Shown here: in pieces, positions 54,854 to 64,000 of the stretch | How positions within the stretch are numbered: the first letter of the stretch is position 1 | Layout of the letters: each line of letters starts with the position of its first letter | Position numbers and translations under genes: made by a program | Notes under the pieces: generated by a model | Seen by the model: only the letters and a program-made list of their open reading frames with translations | Told to the model about the DNA's origin: nothing | The model's database searches: none | Source: Roseibacillus sp. | GTDB lineage: Bacteria > Verrucomicrobiota > Verrucomicrobiia > Verrucomicrobiales > Akkermansiaceae | DNA length: 64,000 bases | Direction of reading: 5' to 3' | Assembly (NCBI GenBank): GCA_965242925.1 | Contig: CBDEUM010000014.1 | Coordinates: forward strand, 480,001 to 544,000

Positions 54854-55841
54854 ATGTGCAGATCCCTCCTCTTTCTCCTTTCCTGCCTGAGTTCGCTTGC
54901 TCTGGCGGTGGCCCAGACTGAGACCCCGCCCAGCCCGGCACCCGCCGAAGACGCGCCCGCTGAAGACGCGCCCGCTGAAGAGGCCCCCGCCGAAGAGGCC
55001 CCCACCGAAGAGAGCGAGGAAGAACTGGCTACGAGCGAAGACGCCGGGCCCAGCGAGGAAGAACTGGCTGCCCTCGAAGAGGCCGCCAGGAAGGCCTCCC
55101 AGGAAGAACAGGTGCGCCTGGCGAAAGCGGACGCCGAACGCGAGTCAGCCAAGGGAGAAAAACACGCCACCCTCACCACCAGCAGGGGCCGCACCTACAA
55201 GAAGGTGGTCATCAAGGGCGTGGACGAAGTCGGAGTGAAAATCACCCACGAGTACGGAACCGCCCGCATCAAGTTCCCGGAGCTTCCCGAGGAGTTCCAG
55301 GCCCGCTTCGGCTACGATCTCTCCCGGGCCCAGGATCTCCTTGAACGCGAAAAGAACCTCGAATCCGCACGCGAGAGGGCCTCCATTGCCGCCTTGCGGG
55401 CCAATGCCGGACTGCCGGGCACCACTGCCACCCGTCCCACTACAACCAAGCCGAAGACAACCAAGCCCGAAGACAACCAAGCCGAAGACAACCAAGCCAA
55501 AGACAACCAAGCCCGCTGCGGCCGCTGTTGAGCCGCCCTCCGACAACGTGGAAGTCCAGGGCATGGTGGCCAAGATCGCGGCGCTGGAACAGGTCATCGC
55601 CAAGCGCAGACCGGACGCGGAGGCCCTTGAGGAGAAAGCCTCCGACATCGAAGACAAGGCTTTCAAGGGGATCGGCGGCACCGGGGGGGACCCCAAGGTG
55701 AGCCAGAAGAAACTGGCGGAAGCGAAGGCCTGGCGGGACAAGGCCGACGCCGTCTACAATGAGATCTCTACCGCCCGCGTCGAGATCGGCCAACTTCGCC
55801 GTAAGATCAAGCTGATCGAGCGGAACAGCAAGAAGAAGTAA
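54854..55841 (+). CDS. Secreted hypothetical protein; +1 frameshift in a tandem repeat near 55468
   Basis: Signal peptide, PAEDA repeats, GRTYKKV..GVKITHEYG..LPEEFQARFGYD domain, TTKPK repeats, coiled-coil C-terminus in the next frame. Confidence 0.72.
54941..55012 (+). repeat. 15-bp tandem repeat, about 5 units (PAEDA/PAEEA)
   Basis: CCCGCYGAAGASGCS units. Confidence 0.85.
55442..55513 (+). repeat. 15-bp tandem repeat, about 5 units (TTKPK)
   Basis: ACAACCAAGCCGAAG units; unit 2 is 16 bp. Confidence 0.9.
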
Positions 55842-55897
55842 CGGCATCCCCGGGGTGCGCACCGTGGCTGACCCGGAAGATCCCCCTTCTTCAGCAA

Positions 55898-57385
55898 ATG
55901 AAACGCCGCTATTTCCTATCCAGTTCGGCCAGTGCCCTCGCTATGGGCCGCCAGGCCTCCGGCGCAGAACCCGGTGAACCCCCGGGCAAGCACCCCAACA
56001 TCGTCTACCTCTTCTCCGACCAGTGGCGCGCGATGGACCACGGCTACATGGGCAACGCCGATGTGCGTACCCCCAACATCGATCTCCTGGCCGACCAGAG
56101 TGTCAATTTCACCAATGCGGTTTCCGGAATTCCGGTCTGCTGTCCGCACCGGGCCTGTCTTCTCACCGGCCAGTACCCCCTTTCCCATGGTCTCTTTCTC
56201 AACGATCTTCGTCTCAACACCAGGGCCACCTCCTTCGCCCAGGCCCTGGGCGGAGCCGGCTACGACACGGGCTATATCGGGAAGTGGCATATCGATGGCA
56301 CTGGTCGTTCAGCTTACATCCCCCCCGAACGGCGCCAGGGCTTCGACTACTGGAAGGTGCTGGAGTGCACCCACAACTACAACCAGTCCCGCTACTACGG
56401 CAAAACGGGACAGGACCCCAAAGTGTGGAAAGGTTACGACGCCTACGCCCAGACCAAGGACGCGGTGGCTTATATCAAGAACCACGCAACCCGGCCCGCC
56501 GGGAGCCGGAAGCCATTCGGCCTCTTCCTCTCGTGGGGACCTCCTCACGCTCCCTACCGGACCGGCCCCACCAAGTGGGTTGACCGCTACGACAGCCGGA
56601 AACTCTCTCTGAGACAGAACGTGCCTCCGCAACTGGGCAGACAGGCCCGGTCCACCTACGCCGGCTACTACGCCCACTGCAGTGCGCTCGACGAATGCGT
56701 CGGCTGGCTTGTCGAGGCCCTCAAGGAGAGCGGCCAACTGGAGAACACCATTCTAGTCTACACTTCGGACCACGGCGACATGTTGCACTCGCGGGGACAA
56801 CTGAAGAAGCAACGGCCCTGGGACGAGTCCATCCGCGTCCCGTTCCTCGTGCGCTGTCCCTCCTCCCTCAAGGTGAAGCCTCGCAGACTTGAGGCGCCCA
56901 TCAACACGCCGGACATCATGCCCACCCTCCTCTCCCTGGCGGGCGTGCAGATTCCCGGGAGCGTAGAGGGAGAAGATTTTGCCGATGTCATCCGCGGCCA
57001 GCGCAAACTCGAGGACAACCACGCCCTGATCACCTGCCCCAGTCCCTTCGGCCAGTGGACCCGGGCCCAGGGCGGTCGTGAATACCGCGGCCTGCGGACC
57101 AGACGCCATAGCTACACCCGCTCCCTTGACGGTCCCTGGGAGCTCTTCGACAATCAGGAAGACCCCTTCCAGCAACACAATCTCATCAACGAGGCCAGGC
57201 ACCGTGCCCTGCGTGACGAACTGGAAGACAAGCTGAAGGCGCGCCTCGTGGCCACCGGAGACGACTTCGCCCCCGGGGATGAGCTGATCAGGCGTTGCGG
57301 TTACCGGGTCGACAAAGGCGGCACTGTCAGCTACCGCGACCCCAAGGCCTGGGGACAGCTTTCGGTCCCCGCCCGAACCGGGTAG
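55898..57385 (+). CDS. Sulfatase with Tat-like signal
   Basis: KRRYFL, CCPHRACLLTG, GKWH. Confidence 0.93.
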   Translation: MKRRYFLSSSASALAMGRQASGAEPGEPPGKHPNIVYLFSDQWRAMDHGYMGNADVRTPNIDLLADQSVNFTNAVSGIPVCCPHRACLLTGQYPLSHGLFLNDLRLNTRATSFAQALGGAGYDTGYIGKWHIDGTGRSAYIPPERRQGFDYWKVLECTHNYNQSRYYGKTGQDPKVWKGYDAYAQTKDAVAYIKNHATRPAGSRKPFGLFLSWGPPHAPYRTGPTKWVDRYDSRKLSLRQNVPPQLGRQARSTYAGYYAHCSALDECVGWLVEALKESGQLENTILVYTSDHGDMLHSRGQLKKQRPWDESIRVPFLVRCPSSLKVKPRRLEAPINTPDIMPTLLSLAGVQIPGSVEGEDFADVIRGQRKLEDNHALITCPSPFGQWTRAQGGREYRGLRTRRHSYTRSLDGPWELFDNQEDPFQQHNLINEARHRALRDELEDKLKARLVATGDDFAPGDELIRRCGYRVDKGGTVSYRDPKAWGQLSVPARTG

Positions 57386-57454
57386 GGCCCCGGTTCCCGG
57401 AGGAGAATTATTACCTCGCAAGAACTGCTCGCCTGCCGATTACTCATCCTCACG

Positions 57455-58948
57455 ATGAGATCCTTCCCTGTCGCCCTGCTCCTCGCGCTCCTTGCCTCCT
57501 TTCCCGCGCCTGGTGCTTCACGGCCCAACATCATCCTTTTTATCACCGACGACCAGAGCCCCATTGCAGGGTGCTATGGAAGCGCCGACATCCAGACCCC
57601 GCACCTCGACACCCTTGCTGCGGAAGGAACGCGCTTCACCCACGCCTTCGCCACCACCGCCTCCTGTTCAGCCAGTCGCTCGGTCATCCTCTCGGGATTA
57701 CACAACCATCGAAACGGCCAGTATGGACACACCCACGCCTTCCACAAGTTTGCCTCCTTCCCCAGCGTGGCCGCCGTCAGTCTTCCCCTCCAGATGAAAC
57801 AGGCCGGCTACCGCACGGCGCAGATCGGGAAGTATCACGTCGCTCCTGTCGCGGTCTTCGATTTCGAACAACGCCTGCCCGGCAACGCCCGCAATGCCCG
57901 CATGATGGCGGACAACTGCCGCGAACTCTTCGCGGAAAAATCGGACCAGCCTTTCTTTCTCTATTTCTGCACTTCCGATCCTCATCGTGGCGGAGGGGTT
58001 GACCGCACCTCCAAGCTGAAGTTCAAGCCTGACCTCTTCGGCAACAAGCCCAAGCGGGGCGCCCACCAGGGGATCAGGGAAATCTTCTACGATCCCGACA
58101 AGGTGAACGTCCCCGGGTTTCTCCCCGACACCCCCGAATGCCGCGCAGAGATCGCGCAGTACCATCAAAGCTGCTCCCGCATTGACCAGGGACTGGGCCA
58201 CCTGGTGAGCCTCCTGAAAGAGAGCAGGCAGTGGGACAACACCGTCCTCATCTACACCGCCGATCACGGCATGGCCTTTCCCGGCGGCAAGACCACCGTC
58301 TATGAAGCGGGTTTGCGCGTGCCCTTTGTCGTCCGCCACCCCCGTGCCGGGAAGACCGGCGTGGTGAACAACGCCATGATCAGCCACGTGGACATCACCC
58401 CGTCCATCCTCGACCTTGCCGGCGCCTACGATAAAAACCGGCGGGCACCCATACAACTGGTCGAGTTCCCAAGGGTCCCCCCGGGTGAAAATGCCGGCAA
58501 GCCGGTGAAGGCCTACCACGGGCGCTCATGGGTTCCCATTCTTGAAGAGATCAATCCGGAGGGCTGGGACGAGATCGGGGCCTCCCACACCTTTCACGAA
58601 ATCCAGATGTACTATCCCATGCGGGTGGTCCGGGACCGCCACTACAAGCTCATCTGGAACATTGCCTGGCGCCAGCCTTACCCCTTCGCTTCTGATCTCT
58701 GGGCCGCTTCCACCTGGCAGGCCCAGTATGCCGCAGGGCCAAAGGCAAGATACGGGAATCGCACGGTCGATTCCTACATCAACCGCCCCCGGTTTGAACT
58801 CTACGACATCTCCTCCGACCCCTCCGAAACGCGAAACCTCGCTGCCGATCCTGAATTCGCCAAGGTCCTCACCGCCTACCAGGACAAACTTAAGGCCATG
58901 CAGAAAAGGACCGAAGACCCCTGGATCATGAAGTGGCGCTACGAGTAA
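57455..58948 (+). CDS. Sulfatase, N-sulfoglucosamine sulfohydrolase-like
   Basis: CSASRSVILSG, GKYHV, DPHR, YYPMR. Confidence 0.9.
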   Translation: MRSFPVALLLALLASFPAPGASRPNIILFITDDQSPIAGCYGSADIQTPHLDTLAAEGTRFTHAFATTASCSASRSVILSGLHNHRNGQYGHTHAFHKFASFPSVAAVSLPLQMKQAGYRTAQIGKYHVAPVAVFDFEQRLPGNARNARMMADNCRELFAEKSDQPFFLYFCTSDPHRGGGVDRTSKLKFKPDLFGNKPKRGAHQGIREIFYDPDKVNVPGFLPDTPECRAEIAQYHQSCSRIDQGLGHLVSLLKESRQWDNTVLIYTADHGMAFPGGKTTVYEAGLRVPFVVRHPRAGKTGVVNNAMISHVDITPSILDLAGAYDKNRRAPIQLVEFPRVPPGENAGKPVKAYHGRSWVPILEEINPEGWDEIGASHTFHEIQMYYPMRVVRDRHYKLIWNIAWRQPYPFASDLWAASTWQAQYAAGPKARYGNRTVDSYINRPRFELYDISSDPSETRNLAADPEFAKVLTAYQDKLKAMQKRTEDPWIMKWRYE

Positions 58949-59063
58949 CCTGCCCGGCCCCGGGTCAGGTCGCTCCCGCTTCCTCCAATCGCCCGGCCTC
59001 CCCACCCCAAGGCATGTAATCACAACCGTTCCCACGAGGAAATCGCCTGAACCTTCATCGCAT

Positions 59064-60452
59064 ATGAAAAAACAAATCCTCCCCTGCCTGCTTACCTGCC
59101 TGCTTGCCTGCCCCTTTGTGCAGGCCGCGGAACGGAAGCCGAACATCATCGTGGTCTTCTGTGACGATCTTGGTTACGCGGACATCGGTCCATTCGGCTC
59201 CAAGACACATAACACGCCGGTACTCGACCAAATGGCCCGGGAAGGCATGCGGCTGACCGACTTTTATTCCACCTGCTCAGTCTGCACGCCCTCGCGGTCC
59301 AGTCTCATGACCGGTTGTTATCCGCGCCGCGTCAATATGCACGTGGATGAAAAAAACCTCTGCGTGCTCTTCCCCGCCGCCCGCAAGGGCCTCAACCCCG
59401 ACGAGGTCACCATTGCCGAGGTCTTGAAGGAACAGGGCTACGCCACCATGTGCATTGGTAAATGGCACCTGGGGGACCACCCTGACTTTATGCCCACCAA
59501 CCAGGGCTTCGATCATTACTTTGGAATTCCCTACAGCAACGACATGAACCGCAAGCAGGTGCCATTGCCCCTGGTGCGTGACCTGACGGCCATCAAGGAA
59601 AGCGTGCAGAAAGACACCACGATCACCACGCAGTACACAGAAGAAGCGGTCAAGTTCATCAAGACCAACAGTAAAAATCCATTCTTCCTCTACCTGCCCC
59701 ATACCGCCGTGCATCTGCCACTGGTGCCTGGCAAAGAATTCAAGGGCACCAGCAAGGACGGAGCCTATGGCGACTGGGTACAGGAAATAGACTGGTCCAT
59801 GGGGGAACTTTTCAAGGCCCTGAAAGCCGAAGGCATCGATGAAAATACGCTTGTTCTCTTCACTTCCGACAACGGATCCGCCAGGGAAAAACAGGGTAGC
59901 AACCTGCCGCTACGCGGACGCAAGGGCCGCACGGACGAAGGCGGCATGCGCGTGCCCTGCGTGGTGCGCTGGCCCGGCAAGATCCCCGCCGGCACCAGCA
60001 CTGGTGCACTCACCAACACAATGGACCTGCTGCCCACCTTCGCTGCAATCTCCGGCGGCAAGACAGCCACTGACCGCATCATCGACGGCAAAAACATCTG
60101 GCCCATCCTCAGCGGCAAGCAAAAGGGCCACCCGCGCGAGGCCTTCTTCTACTACCAGATGGATCAATTGCAGGCAGTGCGCTCAGGTGACTGGAAGCTC
60201 TTCGTGGCAATGGATTCCAAGAAACGCAACTGGGGCAAGCCCGAGGGGAAAAAGGAGCTCAAGCTTTTCAATCTGGCCGAAGACATCCACGAGGACAACA
60301 ATGTGGCAACAGCCAACCCAAAGGTGGTCAAGCGACTCCTCGCCTACGCCGAGGCCGCCCGCCAGGATCTGGGGGATGGACCCCATCCCGGCAAAGGCCA
60401 GCGCAAGGCCGGCTGGGTGGAGACCCCTTCCCCGCGGTTGCTAGCAAAATAA
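59064..60452 (+). CDS. Arylsulfatase
   Basis: [24 protein letters not shown]. Confidence 0.94.
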   Translation: MKKQILPCLLTCLLACPFVQAAERKPNIIVVFCDDLGYADIGPFGSKTHNTPVLDQMAREGMRLTDFYSTCSVCTPSRSSLMTGCYPRRVNMHVDEKNLCVLFPAARKGLNPDEVTIAEVLKEQGYATMCIGKWHLGDHPDFMPTNQGFDHYFGIPYSNDMNRKQVPLPLVRDLTAIKESVQKDTTITTQYTEEAVKFIKTNSKNPFFLYLPHTAVHLPLVPGKEFKGTSKDGAYGDWVQEIDWSMGELFKALKAEGIDENTLVLFTSDNGSAREKQGSNLPLRGRKGRTDEGGMRVPCVVRWPGKIPAGTSTGALTNTMDLLPTFAAISGGKTATDRIIDGKNIWPILSGKQKGHPREAFFYYQMDQLQAVRSGDWKLFVAMDSKKRNWGKPEGKKELKLFNLAEDIHEDNNVATANPKVVKRLLAYAEAARQDLGDGPHPGKGQRKAGWVETPSPRLLAK

Positions 60453-60477
60453 TCCACTCCTCCCCTTTTCCCGGTCC

Positions 60478-61893
60478 ATGAAACACCTGCTGCTCCTGCT
60501 CACCGGCTGCCTCCTTCTGCCCGCGCCACTTCCTGCGGCAGGGAAGACGCGCCCCAACGTGCTCCTCATCTGCATCGATGACCTCCGGCCCGAGCTCAAA
60601 TGCTTCGGGGCCGGGCATATCCACTCGCCCAACATTGATGCCCTGGCCAGACGGGGACGGGCCTTCACCCGGCACTACGTCCAAGCCCCCACCTGCGGTG
60701 CGTCGCGCTACACTCTCCTGACTGGTCGCTATGGACCACGGGACAACGGAGCGCTCTTCCGTCACTCCGGCAACGAGCAGATCCGGACCACCAACATGCC
60801 CGCCTGGTTTCGCAGCAATGGCTACACCACCGTCTCGATCGGGAAGGTGTCCCACCATCCCGGAGGCCGCGGAGGCCCGGACTGGAACGACGACAGCAAA
60901 CCGGAGATGCCGGGAGCCTGGACCCGCCACCTCTGCCCCAGCGGACCCTGGCAACACCCCCGTGGACTCATGCACGGGCAGGCCAACGGGGAGATTCGCA
61001 GGAATGCCAAGGACATGGACGTCCTCCAGGCCTTTGACGGAGCCGATGATTCCTACCCGGACGGACCGACCATCGAGGGGGCCCTTGAACAACTCAACCT
61101 GCTGGAAAAGGACGAGAAGCCCTTCTTCTTCGCGGTGGGATTCCTGCGCCCCCACCTCCCCTTTGGAGCGCCCGCGCGCTACGTGAGACTCTATGACGAC
61201 GTATCCTTCCCGGGCATTCCCCACCCCAGCAAACCGGTGGGCAGGACCACCTGGCACGGCAGCGGGGAGTTCATGAAATACAACCGGTGGAAGCGTGATC
61301 CCCGCAGCGACCCGGATTTCGCCACCAGAGTGCGCAAGCACTACGCAGGCTGCGTGTCCTATGCCGACGCCCTGGTGGGCCGCCTCATGGCCGGGCTCGA
61401 GAAGACGAGCGCTGCCGGAAACACCATCATCGTCCTCTGGGGCGACCATGGCTGGCACCTCGGGGAACACGCGATCTGGGGCAAGCATTCCCTCTTTGAG
61501 GAGTCGCTTCGCTCCCCGCTCGTCGTCATCGCTCCCGGGCTGAAAAAGAACAGCGGCACCCCAACCAGCGCGATCGTGGAGACGGTCGACATTTTTCCCA
61601 CCCTCTGCGACCTCGCCCGGCTGCAACCGCCAACGGATCTGGTGGGAACCTCCCTGCGCCTCCACCTGGAGAATCCTGCCGCCCCCAGCCGGGCGGCCAT
61701 CTCCTACAAGGGTGGTAGCGAAACCATCCGTACTGAGCGTCACCGGCTCGTACGGCACTCCAAAGGCGGCAAGGTTTCTCATCTTGAGCTCTACGATCAT
61801 GAAAATGATCCCGGGGAGATTGAAAACATCGCCGGAAGCCAGCCCGGTCTGGCGGCCGCTCTCAGCAAGAAACTCGATGCCAAACTCAACTGA
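60478..61893 (+). CDS. Sulfatase, iduronate-2-sulfatase-like
   Basis: [35 protein letters not shown]. Confidence 0.92.
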   Translation: MKHLLLLLTGCLLLPAPLPAAGKTRPNVLLICIDDLRPELKCFGAGHIHSPNIDALARRGRAFTRHYVQAPTCGASRYTLLTGRYGPRDNGALFRHSGNEQIRTTNMPAWFRSNGYTTVSIGKVSHHPGGRGGPDWNDDSKPEMPGAWTRHLCPSGPWQHPRGLMHGQANGEIRRNAKDMDVLQAFDGADDSYPDGPTIEGALEQLNLLEKDEKPFFFAVGFLRPHLPFGAPARYVRLYDDVSFPGIPHPSKPVGRTTWHGSGEFMKYNRWKRDPRSDPDFATRVRKHYAGCVSYADALVGRLMAGLEKTSAAGNTIIVLWGDHGWHLGEHAIWGKHSLFEESLRSPLVVIAPGLKKNSGTPTSAIVETVDIFPTLCDLARLQPPTDLVGTSLRLHLENPAAPSRAAISYKGGSETIRTERHRLVRHSKGGKVSHLELYDHENDPGEIENIAGSQPGLAAALSKKLDAKLN

Positions 61894-61902
61894 TTATTCT
61901 TC

Positions 61903-63414
61903 ATGAAACGTTTGCTCCTCTTCCTGTGGGCCCTGAGTTCCGGACCCGGCACTCTCAGCGCGGCCGACCTGCCCAACATCCTGATGATCGCGATCGACGA
62001 TCAGAATGACTGGATCGGCTGCCTCGGAGGCCACCCGCAGGCGCGCACGCCCGCCATCGATGCCCTCGCCAGCCGCGGCACGGTTTTCACCAATGCGCAC
62101 TGCCAGTCGCCCCTCTGTAATCCTTCCCGCACCAGCCTCATGACCGGGCTGCGCCCCGGCACCACCGGCGTTTACGGACTGGCCCCGTGGTTCCGCTCCC
62201 TCCCTGAATTCGCCAACGTGCTGACCCTGCCCCAGTACTTCGCCAGGCAGGGCAACTACCACACCGCCATGACGGGCAAGATCTATCACGGCCGCTCCGG
62301 GCGATCCGTCCAGGGCGAGTTCATCGAGTGGCACGAGGTCGGCCCCGGGGCATCCGGAAAGCCATTCCCGCCCAAGAAGCTTGTCACCACCCCGCAGCCC
62401 CATCGCCTCATGGACTGGGGCACCTTCCCCCACCGGGACGAGGACAAGGGTGACTACCAGGTCGCCAGCTGGGCCGTCGACCGCCTGAAGACCTACGCCA
62501 GGTCGGACCAGAAAAAACCTCTCTTCCTCGCAACCGGATTTTTCCTCCCCCATGTCCCCTGCTATGCCACCCGGAAGTGGATGGACCTCCATCCGCTCGA
62601 TCAAGTGAAGCTCCCGGTGGTGCAACCCAGCGACCGTTCCGACACGCCCCGTTTCTCGTGGTACATCCACTGGAAACTCCCCGAACCACGCCTCAAGTTC
62701 CTGAAGGACGCGAACCAATGGGAAAACCTCACCCGCTCCTACCTTGCCTGCACCTCCTTCATCGATGCCCAGGTCCAGCGCCTGTTGGACACTCTCAAGG
62801 AAACAGGACTTGGGAAAAACACCCTCGTGGTGCTCTGGTCCGATCATGGATTTCACATCGGAGAGAAGGAAATCACCGGCAAGAACACCCTCTGGGATGA
62901 CGGAACCCGAGTGCCTCTCATTTTCGCCGGCCCCGGGGTGAAGGGCGGGCAGGTTTGCACCCGTCCGGCTGAACTGCTCGATATTTACCCCACCCTGGTC
63001 GAGCTCCTCGATTTTCCCGCAAACAGGAAACTGGAGGGGCACTCACTGGTTCCGCAGCTCAGGAACGCCCAGGCGGCCCGCCAGTGGCCCGCGATCACCA
63101 CCCACAATCACGACAATCATGGGATTCGCTCGGAAAAGTGGCGTTACATCCGCTACGCCGACGGTTCGGAGGAGCTCTACCACACGGCCGAGGATCCCAA
63201 CGAATGGAACAACCTCCTCGCCCCCATCGGCGGCAAGCAGGATCCCGCCATGCGGGCCCAGGCCGACAAGCTCGCACATTGGATTCCCAAGGTGAACCGC
63301 AAGCCCGCCCCCCGTTCGGCCCACCGCATTCTCACCTACGACAAAGAAACCGGGAAGACCATCTGGCAGGGCGAGGAGATCAAGCCGGACGATCCAGTGC
63401 CGGAACTGCAGTAA
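61903..63414 (+). CDS. Sulfatase, iduronate/choline-sulfatase-like
   Basis: CNPSRTSLMTG, PHVP, SDHGFHIGEK. Confidence 0.92.
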   Translation: MKRLLLFLWALSSGPGTLSAADLPNILMIAIDDQNDWIGCLGGHPQARTPAIDALASRGTVFTNAHCQSPLCNPSRTSLMTGLRPGTTGVYGLAPWFRSLPEFANVLTLPQYFARQGNYHTAMTGKIYHGRSGRSVQGEFIEWHEVGPGASGKPFPPKKLVTTPQPHRLMDWGTFPHRDEDKGDYQVASWAVDRLKTYARSDQKKPLFLATGFFLPHVPCYATRKWMDLHPLDQVKLPVVQPSDRSDTPRFSWYIHWKLPEPRLKFLKDANQWENLTRSYLACTSFIDAQVQRLLDTLKETGLGKNTLVVLWSDHGFHIGEKEITGKNTLWDDGTRVPLIFAGPGVKGGQVCTRPAELLDIYPTLVELLDFPANRKLEGHSLVPQLRNAQAARQWPAITTHNHDNHGIRSEKWRYIRYADGSEELYHTAEDPNEWNNLLAPIGGKQDPAMRAQADKLAHWIPKVNRKPAPRSAHRILTYDKETGKTIWQGEEIKPDDPVPELQ

Positions 63415-63421
63415 TGGGAAC

Positions 63422-64000
63422 TCACTCCCACTCGCACAGGCTCTGCACGTATTGCGACGATTCCGCGAACCACTCATCAAGCTGGGCCGGGTCCTTGAGC
63501 TGCTGGCCGCGCTGCCGTTCAACCAGGAAAAACCCGCAGTTGGCTTCGGGCAGAATGGTAAGGTCTCCCCAGAGGTTCTCGACCTGGGCGACGGGGTAAA
63601 CCGCTTCCTGGCCGTGACCCCAGCGTTTCTTCACCTCCTTGATGGTGAGATAGGTCGGCACGCACTCCGCCAGGTCGCGGACTGCTCTGGCCAGCCTGTC
63701 CTGATCGCTGGCCAGAACCTCCTCCCTCGTCAGACCGAGGAGCGCAAGATACTGGTCGAGGTCGATCCAGGTGGTCATTGAGTTGTAGTAGGAGAGCCCG
63801 AACTCGGACTCGGCATCGGGCATGGCAAGGCCTTCCACAAGGCGGGGCGTTCCATCGACACGCGCCAATCCGCCCCCCCGATCCGCCAGACGCCTCGTGA
63901 TCACCTCAAAGGTCAGCCCGTGACCGCGCTCGAGATGCCGTCCCAGGATGACCGGATCAACCGAGGCTCCCAGCGTATCCACATTGTGGAGCAGCAGGGT
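63422..64000 (-). CDS. UDP-sugar pyrophosphorylase (UTP-glucose-1-phosphate uridylyltransferase-like), C-terminal part
   Basis: Frame is open to the window edge (TLLLHNVDTLGA); DRGGGLARV..LVEG, YYNSMT motifs. Confidence 0.7.
   Translation of the reverse strand, partial: TLLLHNVDTLGASVDPVILGRHLERGHGLTFEVITRRLADRGGGLARVDGTPRLVEGLAMPDAESEFGLSYYNSMTTWIDLDQYLALLGLTREEVLASDQDRLARAVRDLAECVPTYLTIKEVKKRWGHGQEAVYPVAQVENLWGDLTILPEANCGFFLVERQRGQQLKDPAQLDEWFAESSQYVQSLCEWE

Noticed and set aside
59064..60452. Sulfatase that looks slightly more A-rich (possible transfer)
   Set aside because: This is only a visual impression, and there are no mobility signatures.

Overview
GC-rich bacterial window. It looks like Verrucomicrobiota (inference from the short atpH, the N-terminally extended atpB/atpE, and the sulfatase and CotH/lamin-tail content). 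Housekeeping genes: uvrA 3' end, an azurin-like protein, an NRDE-family gene, carB, a full atpBEFHAGDC operon with a perfect TTGTGAA-N4-TTCACAA palindrome upstream, HU, mlaE, msrB and nhaC. The most unusual region is 15.8-32 kb: lemA followed by six tandem DUF2207-type membrane-protein paralogs, five of them joined by a conserved 43-bp spacer. The paralogs are modular: two have duplicated ectodomains, one carries a ComEA-like helix-hairpin-helix insertion, one lacks the ectodomain, and a seventh inverted copy is an ectodomain-only lipoprotein. A small ORF at 2135-2350 has an in-frame UGA followed by a SECIS-like hairpin and is a candidate selenoprotein. The right half holds large secreted proteins with a shared C-terminal motif, seven sulfatases, and CE15 and SASA esterases. 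Several genes carry +1 frameshifts that are probably sequencing or assembly errors. All family calls come from motif recognition; no database searches were run.
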